A DNA stretch of 64,000 nucleotides. It comes from Amoebophrya sp. A120 (Eukaryota; Protista; Dinoflagellata). How positions within the stretch are numbered: the first letter of the stretch is position 1; each line of letters begins with the position of its first letter. The translations under genes and the position numbers were made by a program. Location: assembly GCA_905178155.1 (NCBI GenBank), contig CAJINV010000001.1, positions 4,174,795 to 4,238,794 on the forward strand. Direction: 5' to 3'. Of this stretch, positions 46,214 to 57,733 are shown piece by piece. The notes under the pieces are model-generated. The model saw nothing but the letters and a program-made list of their open reading frames with translations, was not told the origin of the DNA and made no database searches.

Positions 46214-49200
46214 CTATACATTTGCCATGACGCCGAGTGCGATTTTCTGCAGCGGCGTCTTCGGCCCATCCACGATTTCCTCGCGCGTTTTGTGGCCGAA
46301 GACACTCAAAACTTCGCTGGCCTTCGGAAATCGAAGCGACTTGCCACGAAGGGTCTCGAAAAGCGTCGGAGCTAGGGCTTTCTTCTTTACCGTTGTTTCT
46401 TCTGCGGGAGGGTGACATGTAGCGTCTGCAGCCTGATGAATTGATCAATCTTTTCTTTTTCCCTGTTGAGAATCTGCAAACAAGCTATCGCAAAAGGAAA
46501 CGGGACACAGACTTGCAATGCCAGTATGTGAAGAAAAACAACCTTCACAATTTCTCAAAACATCCTTTACCAATGCTCCCGGTTTGTCCAGTAATGAATC
46601 CCTGCTGCCCTTCAGCCAACACGTGAACTCTACCCCAACCGTGACCGACCAGAACTTACATGCCGGAATCAATCTGCACACCTCTGCACACAGTGCGGCG
46701 CTTTCGCTCGCGAAGTGGTCGGAATGCGAACAGTCGTCCTGAAAACAGCCCTTCTGAATTCCGAAATGCGCGAGATTCAGAAAGATCCCTTGTCCCTTGA
46801 CGTACTTGTTCTGATGCACGCACTTTGGCCACAGGGTCAAATCTTCCTCTTCGCTGCACTCCAAAGTTTGCTTCACATACACGTCCCATTCGCTGGTCGC
46901 GTCAAAGTACTTCGTGCTACCCTCGATCTGCAGTGCGATCAGCCGTCTCAACGGCCCTTTGGCGTTCGCGGAAACCGTCAGACTTTCGACGAAGAGGCCC
47001 TGTTCCGCGCCTTGGGTGTTCACGACGCGGATTGGGTCGCCGGGTTGGGCGACGAGCTCTAGATCCGCTGGTCGCTTCTGAATCCACTCCTGCGCGCACG
47101 CAGGCGGGCCGGACTTGCTCGTCTCGGCTTGCTCTTTAGAAGCTAACGCATTACTAGTCGTCCCAAAGGCGAGTTTTTCCATTTCGAGCGTGATCAAATT
47201 CTCCTTGTGGTAGTGCTGGAAGGACTCTTTCGTTTTCAGAATCGACGAGAAGGACACACGGTCGAACGCTCTTTTGTTCTTGAACGTCGCTGGTACCATC
47301 TCCGGACCGAGCGAGACGCCGGAGTAGATTTTCTTCGGCGTGCTGATCGCGGGCAAAAGGTCGGCGTGCGCGGTTACGTTCTGTTTTGCAGCTAATTCAG
47401 ATGAAACTGCGCTGGTCTTCGCGTTTGCCTCTACGTCGACCAGACTGTGGAGCTTCTGCTTCAGCAAATCCATGTCCTTTTCCATCTGCTCGTAGACGCG
47501 TAAATACTGCTTCACCAGTCGCGCCTTCACCTCCAAGGGGTCTTCACCCTCATACAAAAGCAAAACGACTTTCCGCAAACTGTGTACCTTGAACGGCTGC
47601 TTCAAGTACTCGTCCAATCTGTTTGTCAACGCATGTAGATCGGGCGCCGGGTCCTTCGTTGTCATCTGCGCCAGCTGCTGCGCCAACGCACGGATAGTAT
47701 CCCTCTTCACGAATTCCTTGGGCATGGGACAACACCTTTCGTACGTGTAGCTGCTGCCGTCGAAACACTCGTTGGTGCCCCCGATGGCTGGTGTTGCTGT
47801 CGACCCGGCACCAGCTCCCTTCCCGGCACCGGCTTCGTGCACACCGAATGGGTCACCCTGCCCGACTCCGTTGCAACACTTGTGAAAGGTGTACTGCTGG
47901 CCGTTCCAGCACCTGCCGGGGTCGAAGTCCTGCACTTGCAGCTCCGTCTTCATCAGTTCGTATCGCGTTTCGCTCAGAATCTCCTCCCACTGGGCCCACT
48001 TCTGCTTCAGAACCTGCTCCGCCTGGAGCTGCGCCTTGGCGTCCGCGTGCTCGGCTTCGACACGGACCTGGTGCCGGCGGCTATCCAGAATGGAGGAGAG
48101 CGCTTTCAACTTACACATCTCCTCAAACCGCTGGAACAGCGGCCAGTGACGCAGCTTGTGACGGTAGGCGTGAGTCATGCGCCGGCCGAATCTGTAAGGA
48201 TTGCGACTGTGGAACAATGCCGGCCATTTATTTTGAGGTAAAACAAAACGGAACAGCAAGAGCAAGCTGCACTTAACATAAAAATTTGAAAAACTTAACA
48301 ATACCGCTTCAGCGGATGCACTTCCCCCTCTTCTTCCAAGAACACATCTGGATTCCGTTTTATCAGTTCGCGCACCGAGTCGACCAACTCCTGCTTGTCC
48401 ACCACCAGCCCAAAATCGAACCGCGGAATGTGCACGTTGGGGTCGTAGTTGCGTTTTTCCAGGAACCGAATCGTTTCCTTCAGCTTTCCCAAGCTCCAGT
48501 TTTCGATCTGTAAAGGTTCCAACTTCTCCCCGTCGTTGATCTGGATTTCTACCTGGTCCTTGAGCGTAAACCGCAATCTCCCATCGAAGGAGATCGACTG
48601 CGTGTACTCGACCTGCGAACACTCCAGCCACACCCGCGGGACCTCCCAGGGCTCTCCGACTTCCACTTTGTTCACCTCCAACCCTAAGCGGGAAACCCGC
48701 TGCTGAAACGGTGCGAACGCACTGATTTCGACCTGCGCGGCAATCTGCTGCAAGAGAAAGGCAAGGAAGGTGAGGGTCTGCTCCACTTTGGTCCGTTTGA
48801 TTTTCATCACCGGTTGGTCGTTGGCGTCTGCGGTTCCAGCAACCTGCCGAGGCTTCAACAAATCCTTCATATTCGTATTCAATTTCTGGAAGACGTGAAA
48901 GGGCGCGATTGGATCCACGGTCGCAAACGCCGGCTCGCCGGGGACGACGGTCGTGAGCAGCATCGCAATGTCCTCGGCGTCCAACAGCGGTTCCTGGCTC
49001 AAATCCGAGCTGTGGCCGCCGAGCAAGTACAGATGACCGGTCTCGGTGTCAAATTCCATGCCTTCGATGTGGGAAAAGGAATTCCCGTCCTCGAGAAACG
49101 TATCGACCAGTCGGTAGGAGGCGAGGTAACGCTTCGACACCTCGTCGATTTCCTGATCGTCAGCAGTTGTGCTCGAGCCACCTGCTACGGTCCCGGCGGA

Positions 49201-50932
49201 AGTAGATGTAGAGTCTTTTACCTCTTGCCCAACTTCTTCCTCCATTTCTTCTACCAATACCGTCTCCCCCTCTGTAGTTTCTGCGTTCTCTCCTCCTGTC
49301 GAAGTCGATGCGTCTGACACCGTATCTCCCACTTCCGTTATCTCGACGAAAAACGACGACCCGGCTTGTCGTTCCGCCGCGGACCGGCGCCGTTTTTGCT
49401 TGTCCAGGCGGCTCTCGTTCTCCAACACGGAAAAGAAACCGTTGTTGTCGAAGTAGTTCGCGAGAAATTTCGGCCGCATGGTCTCCTCCATGATTGCGAA
49501 TCCAGACTCGACGCTCGACGTTGTGGCCACCTGGTTCAGCAAATTGCCGTCTTCCACTGTCGACGACTTTTCCCCGTCCTCCATGACCAGCGCTGCCTCC
49601 ATGGCATCGTACCGGGAAGCGTCGAAATCGAACGAGTGCTGGAGCAAATCCGCCTCGTACTTCGCGAAGAGCAACTCCTTTTTCGAGAGAGGTGCGACAA
49701 TCGGGTCCAAGGCCATCACGGAGGACAGATATGAAAGTGCACAACTCCCCCTCCCCCTCATTTGCAATGCAAAACCCCTAATCCAGGCTGTTCGGTTCCT
49801 CTTGGCACTATTTGCATGACAAGTTCTGGTAGCCCAAATAGTACTATACTCCAGCGCCAATTTGTCATGCAAAACCGGCAGTCTGACTGCTGCTTGTATA
49901 ATTGCCGCTCATGCTATACAGAAAAAGGGGAGGGGGAGTTGTGCACTGTCATAACAAAAACGCCTCCTGCAGCCGCCCGGTCAGAACGTCCGCGAACAGC
50001 ATGTCGCCGATCAAAATCGCCGGCGGGTGCCACACGGGAAAAAATTGCTGCAGATTGCGAAATATGCATGGCAAAAGTATCTTATTAGTATATAATTGCA
50101 TCACAATTTTTTTCAAGAAAAAAAATGGAATTTGTAATGCTGATTTACATATAAAAGGCATATTTGTCATGGTGCATGATAGCAATTACTACGAGTGCGA
50201 TACTTTTGCACAGGATACGAAACGCAACGAACTGCTTCACCAGCTTCTCCACGTCGCCTAACTGCCCATAATTCCGGAGCAACGAGGTTCGAACCCGCAA
50301 CGCGGTGCGCATCAAGACGAACCGGACGTTCGGCGCGACGAGATGGGCGGCGATCTGCATCGCGGTGTCCAGCATCTCCAGACTCGCCTTCTTCAAAGCG
50401 TAAATCATCGCCACCTGCCGCATTTCCGCGGAGGCTTGCAGCAATTCCGGGATCAAGAAATCCTGCTGCCAGTCGTCGTTCCCGCAGTGTTCGTCTAGAT
50501 TTTGCAAGGCTTTGTAGAACCAAAAGCCCGCCTGGAGAAAAGACCCGACGACCTGGCTCTGCATGTCGCAGTAGGGGACGAGGTCGAGGTAGCCCAAACC
50601 TATTTTCACCGGGTCCCACTCCGTTTCGTTGAACTGGTTCCACTCGTCGCCCCACTCCCTTATCATCCCTGTTTCGTAGCTCATGTACGGGCGGAGCGCG
50701 AGTCCCGGAAAGCTCAGGTGCGGAAAGACCGGCGTGGTCGGCGGGTCGTGAAGGGGCTCCAGGGTCTCGAGGGTTTCGGTATTTTCTTCCACTAGAATCC
50801 TTTGGAGTTGCAGTGTCTCGGAGAGTTCCGCGATTGCCTTTGCGGCGGACTCGTGCAGTTCGGGGAAGCCGGCGCCCTGCCACAACATCTCCTCGAGCTG
50901 CTTCAAGGACCACATCAGAGGAGAGGCGGCGC
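46214..50932 (-). CDS. Large hypothetical protein with Cys-Cys motifs and a C-terminal PAN/Apple-like domain; 5' end unresolved
   Basis: ORF blocks join through MITEs 7 and 8 and GT-AG introns 48207-48304 and 46433-46570. SAALCAEVCRLIPACKFWS..CWLK is PAN-like. An AG acceptor near 50933 suggests more upstream exons. Confidence 0.75.
49730..49953. mobile_element. Introner-like MITE 7 (224 bp), TSD ACAGA/ACAAA
   Basis: 27-bp TIR tatga(a/c)agtgcacaactccccctcccc. Removal gives EAFL|SSVMALDP. Confidence 0.92.
50063..50217. mobile_element. Introner-like MITE 8 (155 bp), TSD CGAAA
   Basis: The gene-sense 5' end tatcctgtgcaaaagtatcgcactcgtagtaat is identical to that of MITE 2. TSD at 50058-50062 and 50218-50222. 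Removal gives FVAF|RNLQQ. Confidence 0.92.
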
Positions 50933-51676
50933 TGAAAAAAGTAATATGTCAGCTCATGTTCAGTAAAGACCTGGTGTAGTTCTAGTTCCACTTTCAGCTC
51001 GAAAATCAATCGGGTGCTCGCTTCTTTAGGCGAGCGAGTAACTGTTTGGACGTACTATCTATGCTCCTGCTTGTAAATAGCTGGTGAATAGTGTTTCAAC
51101 TTATCACCACCAGAGCTCGAAGAAACAAAACCCTTCTTAGCTGTGAACCAACGAGCTCGGGGAGTAGTCTGGGAGAAGGAAAGCCGAAGCCTTGAATCAA
51201 CCCAGGCTTCAGAAAGGCGCAGCACTACCTCCTCATCCGTACTGCACCGATCAACCTCCGCACAACCACAAGGTCCAAAACAAGCCGCCTCTGCTTGCCC
51301 TTCCTTGCGTCAGAACAGGCTCCATAAAAATGACAGGTCCTAAGCAAGACGCCTCTTCTTGCCCTTCCTGCCTACACCACTTGAGTCGAAACTCTAGTAG
51401 CGGTACGCAAACGCCACCGGGAAACACAGGAAAACACGGAGTTATGCCCTGCATCGCCCAGTTGCCTCCCTAAAACCCTTGACCCTACCCTGAAACCCTT
51501 GCTCCCCCCGACCGAGACTTAAAAAAAAAAAAAAGAACCCGAAAGCTATCGACCCTTTTTCCCTGCTCTCCCCCCCCCAAATGATTTCCCTTAGCCGGCT
51601 CCAGAGCACAGAGCGGTTAGGGCAGAGATTGTTGTGGTTTTATACGAGCAAAACAAGCGCTAACCTAACCTACTTG

Positions 51677-51736
51677 CTTCTGTCGAATGTTTTTAGTCTT
51701 AAATGTCTTCTGTCGAATGTTTTTAGTCTTAAATGT
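51677..51736. repeat. Perfect 30-bp tandem duplication
   Basis: cttctgtcgaatgtttttagtcttaaatgt x2. Confidence 0.95.
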
Positions 51737-51937
51737 AGGTTGCGCTCCAGGTCCTTCTGGAGCCCGGCAATGCCGCTTAACTGTGTTTTTTGTTTAAAAT
51801 AGAATGTTTTTTCCTTGCACATTTAAAAGTTGAATCAGAACAAGATCATGTACTAGACAGATGATATTGATAACTCCGACGTTCGCATAGCCATATTAGG
51901 TGGTCGTCAATGAAGACGTTATGATTCTCTTTTTGGT

Positions 51938-52477
51938 TTACTCCGTATTAGGCTTAGGCACCAACAAAAAAAGCAGGTATGTTGAAAGAAAAACAACTAC
52001 CTCTCTCGCCTCCACATTCCTCAACTTTTCCTTAACCCCGTCCAACTGCTTACACAACCTCCCATTCTCCGCCAACAAATTCGAAATCTGCTGGGATAAT
52101 TCCAGTTCTCGGTCCGTGAAGTACTGTTTTGTGTAGTTCAGCTCCTCCAGGACACTCAGGTCAGTTGGCCCGAGCCGCAATTTCCGCGCCGTAGACAACG
52201 GCGAGGTCGCCACCGGCCGCGTGGTGGCCGGCGCGGCACCGGTGGGTTGGTTCGTCTTGTTCGGCATGGGGAGAAAGGAATTCGGCCGGGACAACGCGCT
52301 CGTGGGGGTTCTTGGGGAGCGGGGGACTCCCGGTGTCGCAGCGGTGGTGGGTGGTCGTGGACTGCGAGAGAGTCGGGCCGCGGAAGTAGAAGGGGTGGCA
52401 GCTGCTGCACCGGAGGACGAGGACGTCGGGGCCGCGGGGTTTAACCCGCCTCGACCACGACTACTACCGGGAAGCAT
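51938..52477 (-). CDS. Hypothetical Pro/Ser-rich and coiled-coil protein, probably a first exon
   Basis: 179-aa ORF with heptad segment LEELNYTKQYF..LSQQISNLLAENGRL. A likely GT donor lies near 52001; downstream exons are unresolved. Confidence 0.6.
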   Translation of the reverse strand: MLPGSSRGRGGLNPAAPTSSSSGAAAATPSTSAARLSRSPRPPTTAATPGVPRSPRTPTSALSRPNSFLPMPNKTNQPTGAAPATTRPVATSPLSTARKLRLGPTDLSVLEELNYTKQYFTDRELELSQQISNLLAENGRLCKQLDGVKEKLRNVEAREVVVFLSTYLLFLLVPKPNTE

Positions 52478-52794
52478 TTTGATGTGTCGGTAGTTTGTCT
52501 TCTTATAATTTGGGGTTCAAAAAAAAAAAGGTTTTGCCGTAGTTTTGAACAAGGTACGACAGGACCTTGAGCCAAAAAAAAATCATTCAGCTCGAAAATC
52601 AACATGTGTGCTCGCCTCTAGGTGGGCGAGAAACTGTCTGGGCACTGTCGAGATTTCTGCGAGTAAATGTCTGCTTCAGAGCGAAACTCTAAAACATCTT
52701 GCAAGGCGAGGCACCACCCGTTTTAGCGGTGACCGGCCTCGCAATTGGAGTCAGCCAAAGCAACCTCCTCATCAGCAATGGCATACAGAACAGG

Positions 52795-54839
52795 TCAGCG
52801 GCTTGCTGCCTGTTCAGCCCCCGACAACCTTCGGGAAGTATCTCAGCGTGAGATCTTTCGAAGTCAGGCAGAAACGCAAGACCTTAGGTTCCGGAGAACC
52901 AGACAAGCTACAACAAAATGTCGTAGCCCGGTAACCTAGACGCCGCTGAACTTCCTGGGGAACCGAAGTTATGTCCAGGTCGAAAATCAAAAATAGAAAC
53001 TCTAATGCTATTTCATCAAAAAGAACGCTCCTTAACGTTCCTGTCTGCCGGGCTATAAGTACTTCTTTTTCTCCGCATCCCTAACTTGTGGAGTTTTCGC
53101 CGCGTCGCGCGCCTCCGCCCGCTTTTTGCTCAGACACGTCCTGTGCCGCTTGTGCTCGAATTCCTTTTCTTCCTTCTTCTCCTGTTTCTCCCTCGGTATG
53201 AGCGCCCGCTCTTTCGCAACCTTGTCCCGTTTTTCCTTCTCTGCCTGCTCGCGGGACCTCCTCCGCTTTGTTTTATACGACGGTTCGTCGTCTTGCGCAG
53301 CTGTTCTCCATTTTCGCTTGGACTTCTTCTTGTTTTTCGCCGCCATTTTGCTTTTGAACGCTCTGACCCCGATGGGCGCGTTGTACTTCGCCTGCTGAAT
53401 TCCGAGGAGCCCGCTGAGACCTTGCACGAGCTTCCTGTCGACGTCCGCGGCCTCCGTGAAGTTCGCTTTCGTCTGCGCGTGCGTCGCGAGCTTCTCCCGC
53501 ACGAACTGCTCCAAACCGACCAAAGCACAGGGGTCGAGCGGGAACGCCGCGTCGACGACCTTGGAATACTGAAACTCGTTGAACCGATCGGAAAGCAAGC
53601 CGTACGTGTTCTGGTTCCGCTGTTTGCAGTGCGGATCCGACATTTGCACTTCCGTGAGCTGGATGCTCTCCTCCAACTGCGCGACATCCACGCCACCGCC
53701 ACCGCCTTCCGCCGCCAGGATGGCCTCGAGCTGCTTTGCGGCATCGGGGTTCCCTTCTTTTCTCGCGCGCTCCAGCAGTTCCAGTTCTTCGGACCGGGCG
53801 ATGCTTTTGAGTTCCCGCGCGAAGGAAAACAGGCGTGACTTGGTGCTCGTGTCGCCAGCGATGATTTTGCCGCAAGGGGAGCAAGGTCGCGACCGGCGGG
53901 TTGAGGAGGAGCCGGCATCGCCGGTCTCTTCATCGACTGTGGGGCAAGTGTACGATCGCCCGTCCCACTGCACGCTGGCAATCTCTTCCAAAGCGCGGGC
54001 CATCTCGAGAAGGGAGTCCGCCTCGACTGATGTTTGGAAAAAAATCAGTTCTCGTGTTGCTATGCATCGAGTAACTACGGGAAAAGTGTGGCACTACACA
54101 TGCATCATCGCGATAGAAACAACGAACGCCAAGCTCAGATCTCTGAATACTGCTTAATCATCAAGCCAATACGCGCAGCGTCCTTCACCCCGCAGGCCTG
54201 CAGCGCCAAGTGCATTCTCCGATGAATAACGCGCTTGCTCGACGCCGACAAGGTTGCGTTTTGCGCGTGCACAGAGGACCACACCAACCTGTTCGCCGGG
54301 TGCGTTTCCTCCAACAAAACCTCGTTCAGAGCGTCGTCGAAGGCCATCTGTGTGTTGCCCTCGAACACTTCATCGGGGTCATCGAACCGGATTGAGTTCT
54401 CGATCGCCTCTTCTTGCCAGCCCTTCATGGACTTGTAGATGTCCTCCGACAGCCTTTTCCCGGCTGACAATTGCCTTCCTTCCTCCACGTGCTCCTCGCT
54501 CCTGCTATCGGCGAAGTCGTCCTCGGAGCCGATTTTTTCGCCCTTCATCAATGCATCCTTCGCGAGATTCAGCATGCGCATCTGCATCTCCAGTTGCGCA
54601 TTCTTCCCGTACAGGTTCTGATTTATCCGCAGCGCCAGGCGTCTGTAAGCCTTCCGAATCGAGTCCGCATCGGTCTTCTGCCCACCCGCCTCTCGGATTA
54701 AGCGGTCGCGAGCGAAACCGATTTCTGCGGTTTCCATGCGCGAAAAGGCGCTGGCGGAGACGAAAAGATGATTGAGGTTGGGAGCAATTGGTCCCAGCAG
54801 CAGAAGTGCTGCGCGGAAAATTTTGCAGCACGAACACAT
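52795..54839 (-). CDS. J-domain-like protein lacking HPD, with a putative signal peptide
   Basis: DSIRKAYRRLALRINQN..MRMLNLAKDAL. A GT-AG intron at 54027-54172 joins the two ORFs in frame. The last exon (52795-~52955) is tentative. Confidence 0.7.
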
Positions 54840-55350
54840 GGTGCCTGGAAGCGTCTTATTTTCCCTGGTGCCCCCGGAGCGTCTCATGATTCGCCTTCGG
54901 TGACTGGGAGAAGAATTGAGGCCCGAGTCACACGGGGTCCGTCGACAAACGGCTTCTCCTCGTGACCTGTTGGTACTGCGTGTCAAGTTTGTTCTGTCGT
55001 CGGACGCTCAAGATCCGCTTGCCGTCGTTGCATCATACCGTTTTTGACTGCGCACGAATCCACGTGGGTCAGAACGTAGCATTGCCGTGTCCACTGAAAC
55101 GGCTCGAGCCATCCTCTTTTACTTTGTTCTCAAGGTCCAACAAAAAAAGCTCACTCAAAGCGATCTCATCACAGACTTCGATTCATTGCATACTTTTACT
55201 TGTACGACGCTCTCAAAAAATAACACAAGAAACTAACAAAAGCAAAAGGGCTGCAGGAGGGCAACTCGCAAAGCACAAAGAAAAAGATCTGATCTTGCGC
55301 ACATGCGGAATCAACAGCACACATGCTCATGTGGACGAATACACAGACGA

Positions 55351-56328
55351 TCACATCGAATATTCTGCAACGGGTTCACCGACACGGACAATTGGATCGA
55401 CAAAAGATGACAAATAATCGTGATCTAAATGACACTCGTGGGAGGTATGACCAGATTCTGTACCAGTTTGAGTTTGTGCTAGATCAATTTCTAGGACCGA
55501 CGTTGACACCAAGCAAGGTTTCGACGTGCACTTCTTCAAGAAAAAGCCGAAGGAGACAAATGAGTGTTCGTCGGCGTCCCTCTTCGAGATTTGCAGAAAG
55601 CATGTCACTTTTCTTGTGCCACGATGCAGTGGCTTAAACAGGTTCTGAATCTGTACAGGATCCACATTCGCGTGGGCTGGATCCTTCGACAAGGTTTGCA
55701 ACTGCACAGTGAACGGAGCTCCTAAGTTCTCAAAGCCGCAGCTGCGGTACAGACCCAGGGCAGCATTGTTTGTCGACAGTGTCCCAAGTAGACACACGTC
55801 GTAGCCTTGGCTTTCTTCCGTCGCCCAGTCTGTCAATGCGTTCACCAACACTTGCCCCAACCCCTTCCGCTGGTGTTCCTTCGCTACCGTCATGCGTAGA
55901 AGCTCGCACACTTTCACATCCGCTCCGAACTTTTCAACGAGCTCCTTCGGAACAGCAGTCTTCGGCTCGACGGGAATGCATCCGACGAAGCCCGCAATGG
56001 TTTCGGTTCCATCGGCGCCTTCCGGAACTACGTGTACAACCACCCAGAAATTCGCTCCAGGCCGGTCAATGTAAGACCCTGCAATATCCGCCATGTCGGT
56101 CTGTAATTTGTCGTCTACGTACCAGCCATTCGCGATCCTCTCAGACTCCGTTTCGCCACTCTGTCCCAGCCCGTTTTTGTACAACGAACGGACGGTGTGG
56201 GAGTCAGCAGACTTGAACTGGCGGACTCTGTAGCTCCGATGTGTCGATGTGCTGCTGTTACTTTCAGGTGCACTAGCTAAAGAAGCGCCGCCAGCAGCAC
56301 TTTTGCCGAGTGGATCATCAAGCGTCAT
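55351..56328 (-). CDS. GNAT-family N-acetyltransferase (NAT8/Camello-like)
   Basis: NFWV..IAGFVG..ELLRMTVAKEHQRKGLGQ..NNAALGLYRSCGF. The 3' end may be spliced. Confidence 0.85.
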   Translation of the reverse strand: MTLDDPLGKSAAGGASLASAPESNSSTSTHRSYRVRQFKSADSHTVRSLYKNGLGQSGETESERIANGWYVDDKLQTDMADIAGSYIDRPGANFWVVVHVVPEGADGTETIAGFVGCIPVEPKTAVPKELVEKFGADVKVCELLRMTVAKEHQRKGLGQVLVNALTDWATEESQGYDVCLLGTLSTNNAALGLYRSCGFENLGAPFTVQLQTLSKDPAHANVDPVQIQNLFKPLHRGTRKVTCFLQISKRDADEHSFVSFGFFLKKCTSKPCLVSTSVLEIDLAQTQTGTESGHTSHECHLDHDYLSSFVDPIVRVGEPVAEYSM

Positions 56329-56702
56329 CTTGTTTGGTCTGGGAAAAGGAGGATACCGGCAAGGCTGCAAGCAAGAACAGAAGACACTAATCACTATCAG
56401 TCAATAGCTCGTATTTGATGACAGAAGTAGATGGTCAACTATCTACTAGGCAGTGCGCTTTCCGTCGATGTCTATGAGCACCGGTTATTACTAGGCTAAG
56501 GCCTTCAGGATCTCAGGATGATTGGCTCTCAGGATGAAAAACCGTCAAATGAGGACGTTGAACAGCGACTATGCTGAAGATCATGCTGATGCGCCAAAGA
56601 GCATCACGCGAATGCTGCTTTTCCTTCCAGCAGTGATGAATCTGAAGCGAATGATGCCGATCAGAAGCCTCAATAAAGCGTCGCAACTTGCACGCAGTTC
56701 TG

Positions 56703-57392
56703 CTATTTTTGCGCTCCCCCATGTTCCTCTTCGTCCTGTAGGTCCACCACAAATCTTCTTTTCACGTCGTCCGCGGTCCTGCCACTGCCCCACGCGTCCC
56801 AGCCATCGCCCATGCCGACCCGCGTTTGTCTCCTCTTTCGCCGCAAATTTTGCGGCCGGAGGAAGTCCAGCCTGGTCTTGTCCGGCTCCGGCTCCAATCC
56901 CCGCTCGGGACTCCCTTGGTAGTACTTCAGTGCGTGCAACGATTTCACAATAGACGCCGCGGAAGCTACGGATATCAGTGCGGGGCGCATGGCGGAGAGC
57001 ATTTGCTCCTGCTCCTCGAGAACCTTCTGGGTTTTCTCGTCCCCGTTGCCGTCGTTCTTCAAGAATTCCTTCGCCGCGACGCTGTTCATGGGGTAGGTCA
57101 ACGGGAGGGCCAGTCGGGAGTGGAGTAACCGTGCGCAGATCGTTGCTCGGGCAAAAAACGTGGAGAGTCGCGCCTTCTCCTCTTTCGTAAAGCGTTCGGG
57201 GAGCGAGCTTCGGACCTTGGCACGATGGGACGAGGTGGAGGAGGCAGACGATGTAGAGCTCGATATTGTTGACGGAGATGCGCTGCTGAAGGCACGCAGG
57301 TTTTTCTCCGACGAGGAGAGTTTTTGCGCCACAGGCTGCGATCGGTGACAGGCAGACGAGGAAAGCCGGCAACGAAGGGCGAGCGGTCCCAT
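56703..57392 (-). CDS. Hypothetical protein, possible mitochondrial presequence
   Basis: 229-aa ATG-initiated ORF with coding-like composition on the cluster strand. Confidence 0.6.
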   Translation of the reverse strand: MGPLALRCRLSSSACHRSQPVAQKLSSSEKNLRAFSSASPSTISSSTSSASSTSSHRAKVRSSLPERFTKEEKARLSTFFARATICARLLHSRLALPLTYPMNSVAAKEFLKNDGNGDEKTQKVLEEQEQMLSAMRPALISVASAASIVKSLHALKYYQGSPERGLEPEPDKTRLDFLRPQNLRRKRRQTRVGMGDGWDAWGSGRTADDVKRRFVVDLQDEEEHGGAQK

Positions 57393-57733
57393 GTTTGAAG
57401 TGTTTCCTTGCTCCTATTGCCTTAAAATAACGTCTTGACTAGGTCATTATCACAGCTGCATAAGCATATCTACCCAAAGTATAAAAGGAAAGCGCCTTTC
57501 GACCCAATAAGATCAGAGCCAAGATTTCTTTTTTAACGAAGCAGCCGAGACACTAAACGGAATCTTTAACGCACAGAAGGAGGGGCTTGAACAAGAACAG
57601 GGTGCGCGTATAGTTGTAGAGACACAACTACCGTGCAGGTGCCGCCGATGCAGATCGTCACAGACACACTGTTTGACCATTGTCGTTTCTCTTTCTTTCA
57701 TTTTTTCTTCATTCTTCACATATACAAGCAAAC

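Noticed and set aside
48207-48304. Frameshift or non-canonical junction between the 525-aa and 728-aa ORFs
   Set aside because: A normal 98-nt GT-AG intron joins them in frame.
57140-57200. RFTKEEKARL as RNA polymerase Rpb6/omega
   Set aside because: Only a short resemblance; the rest of the Rpb6 signature is missing.
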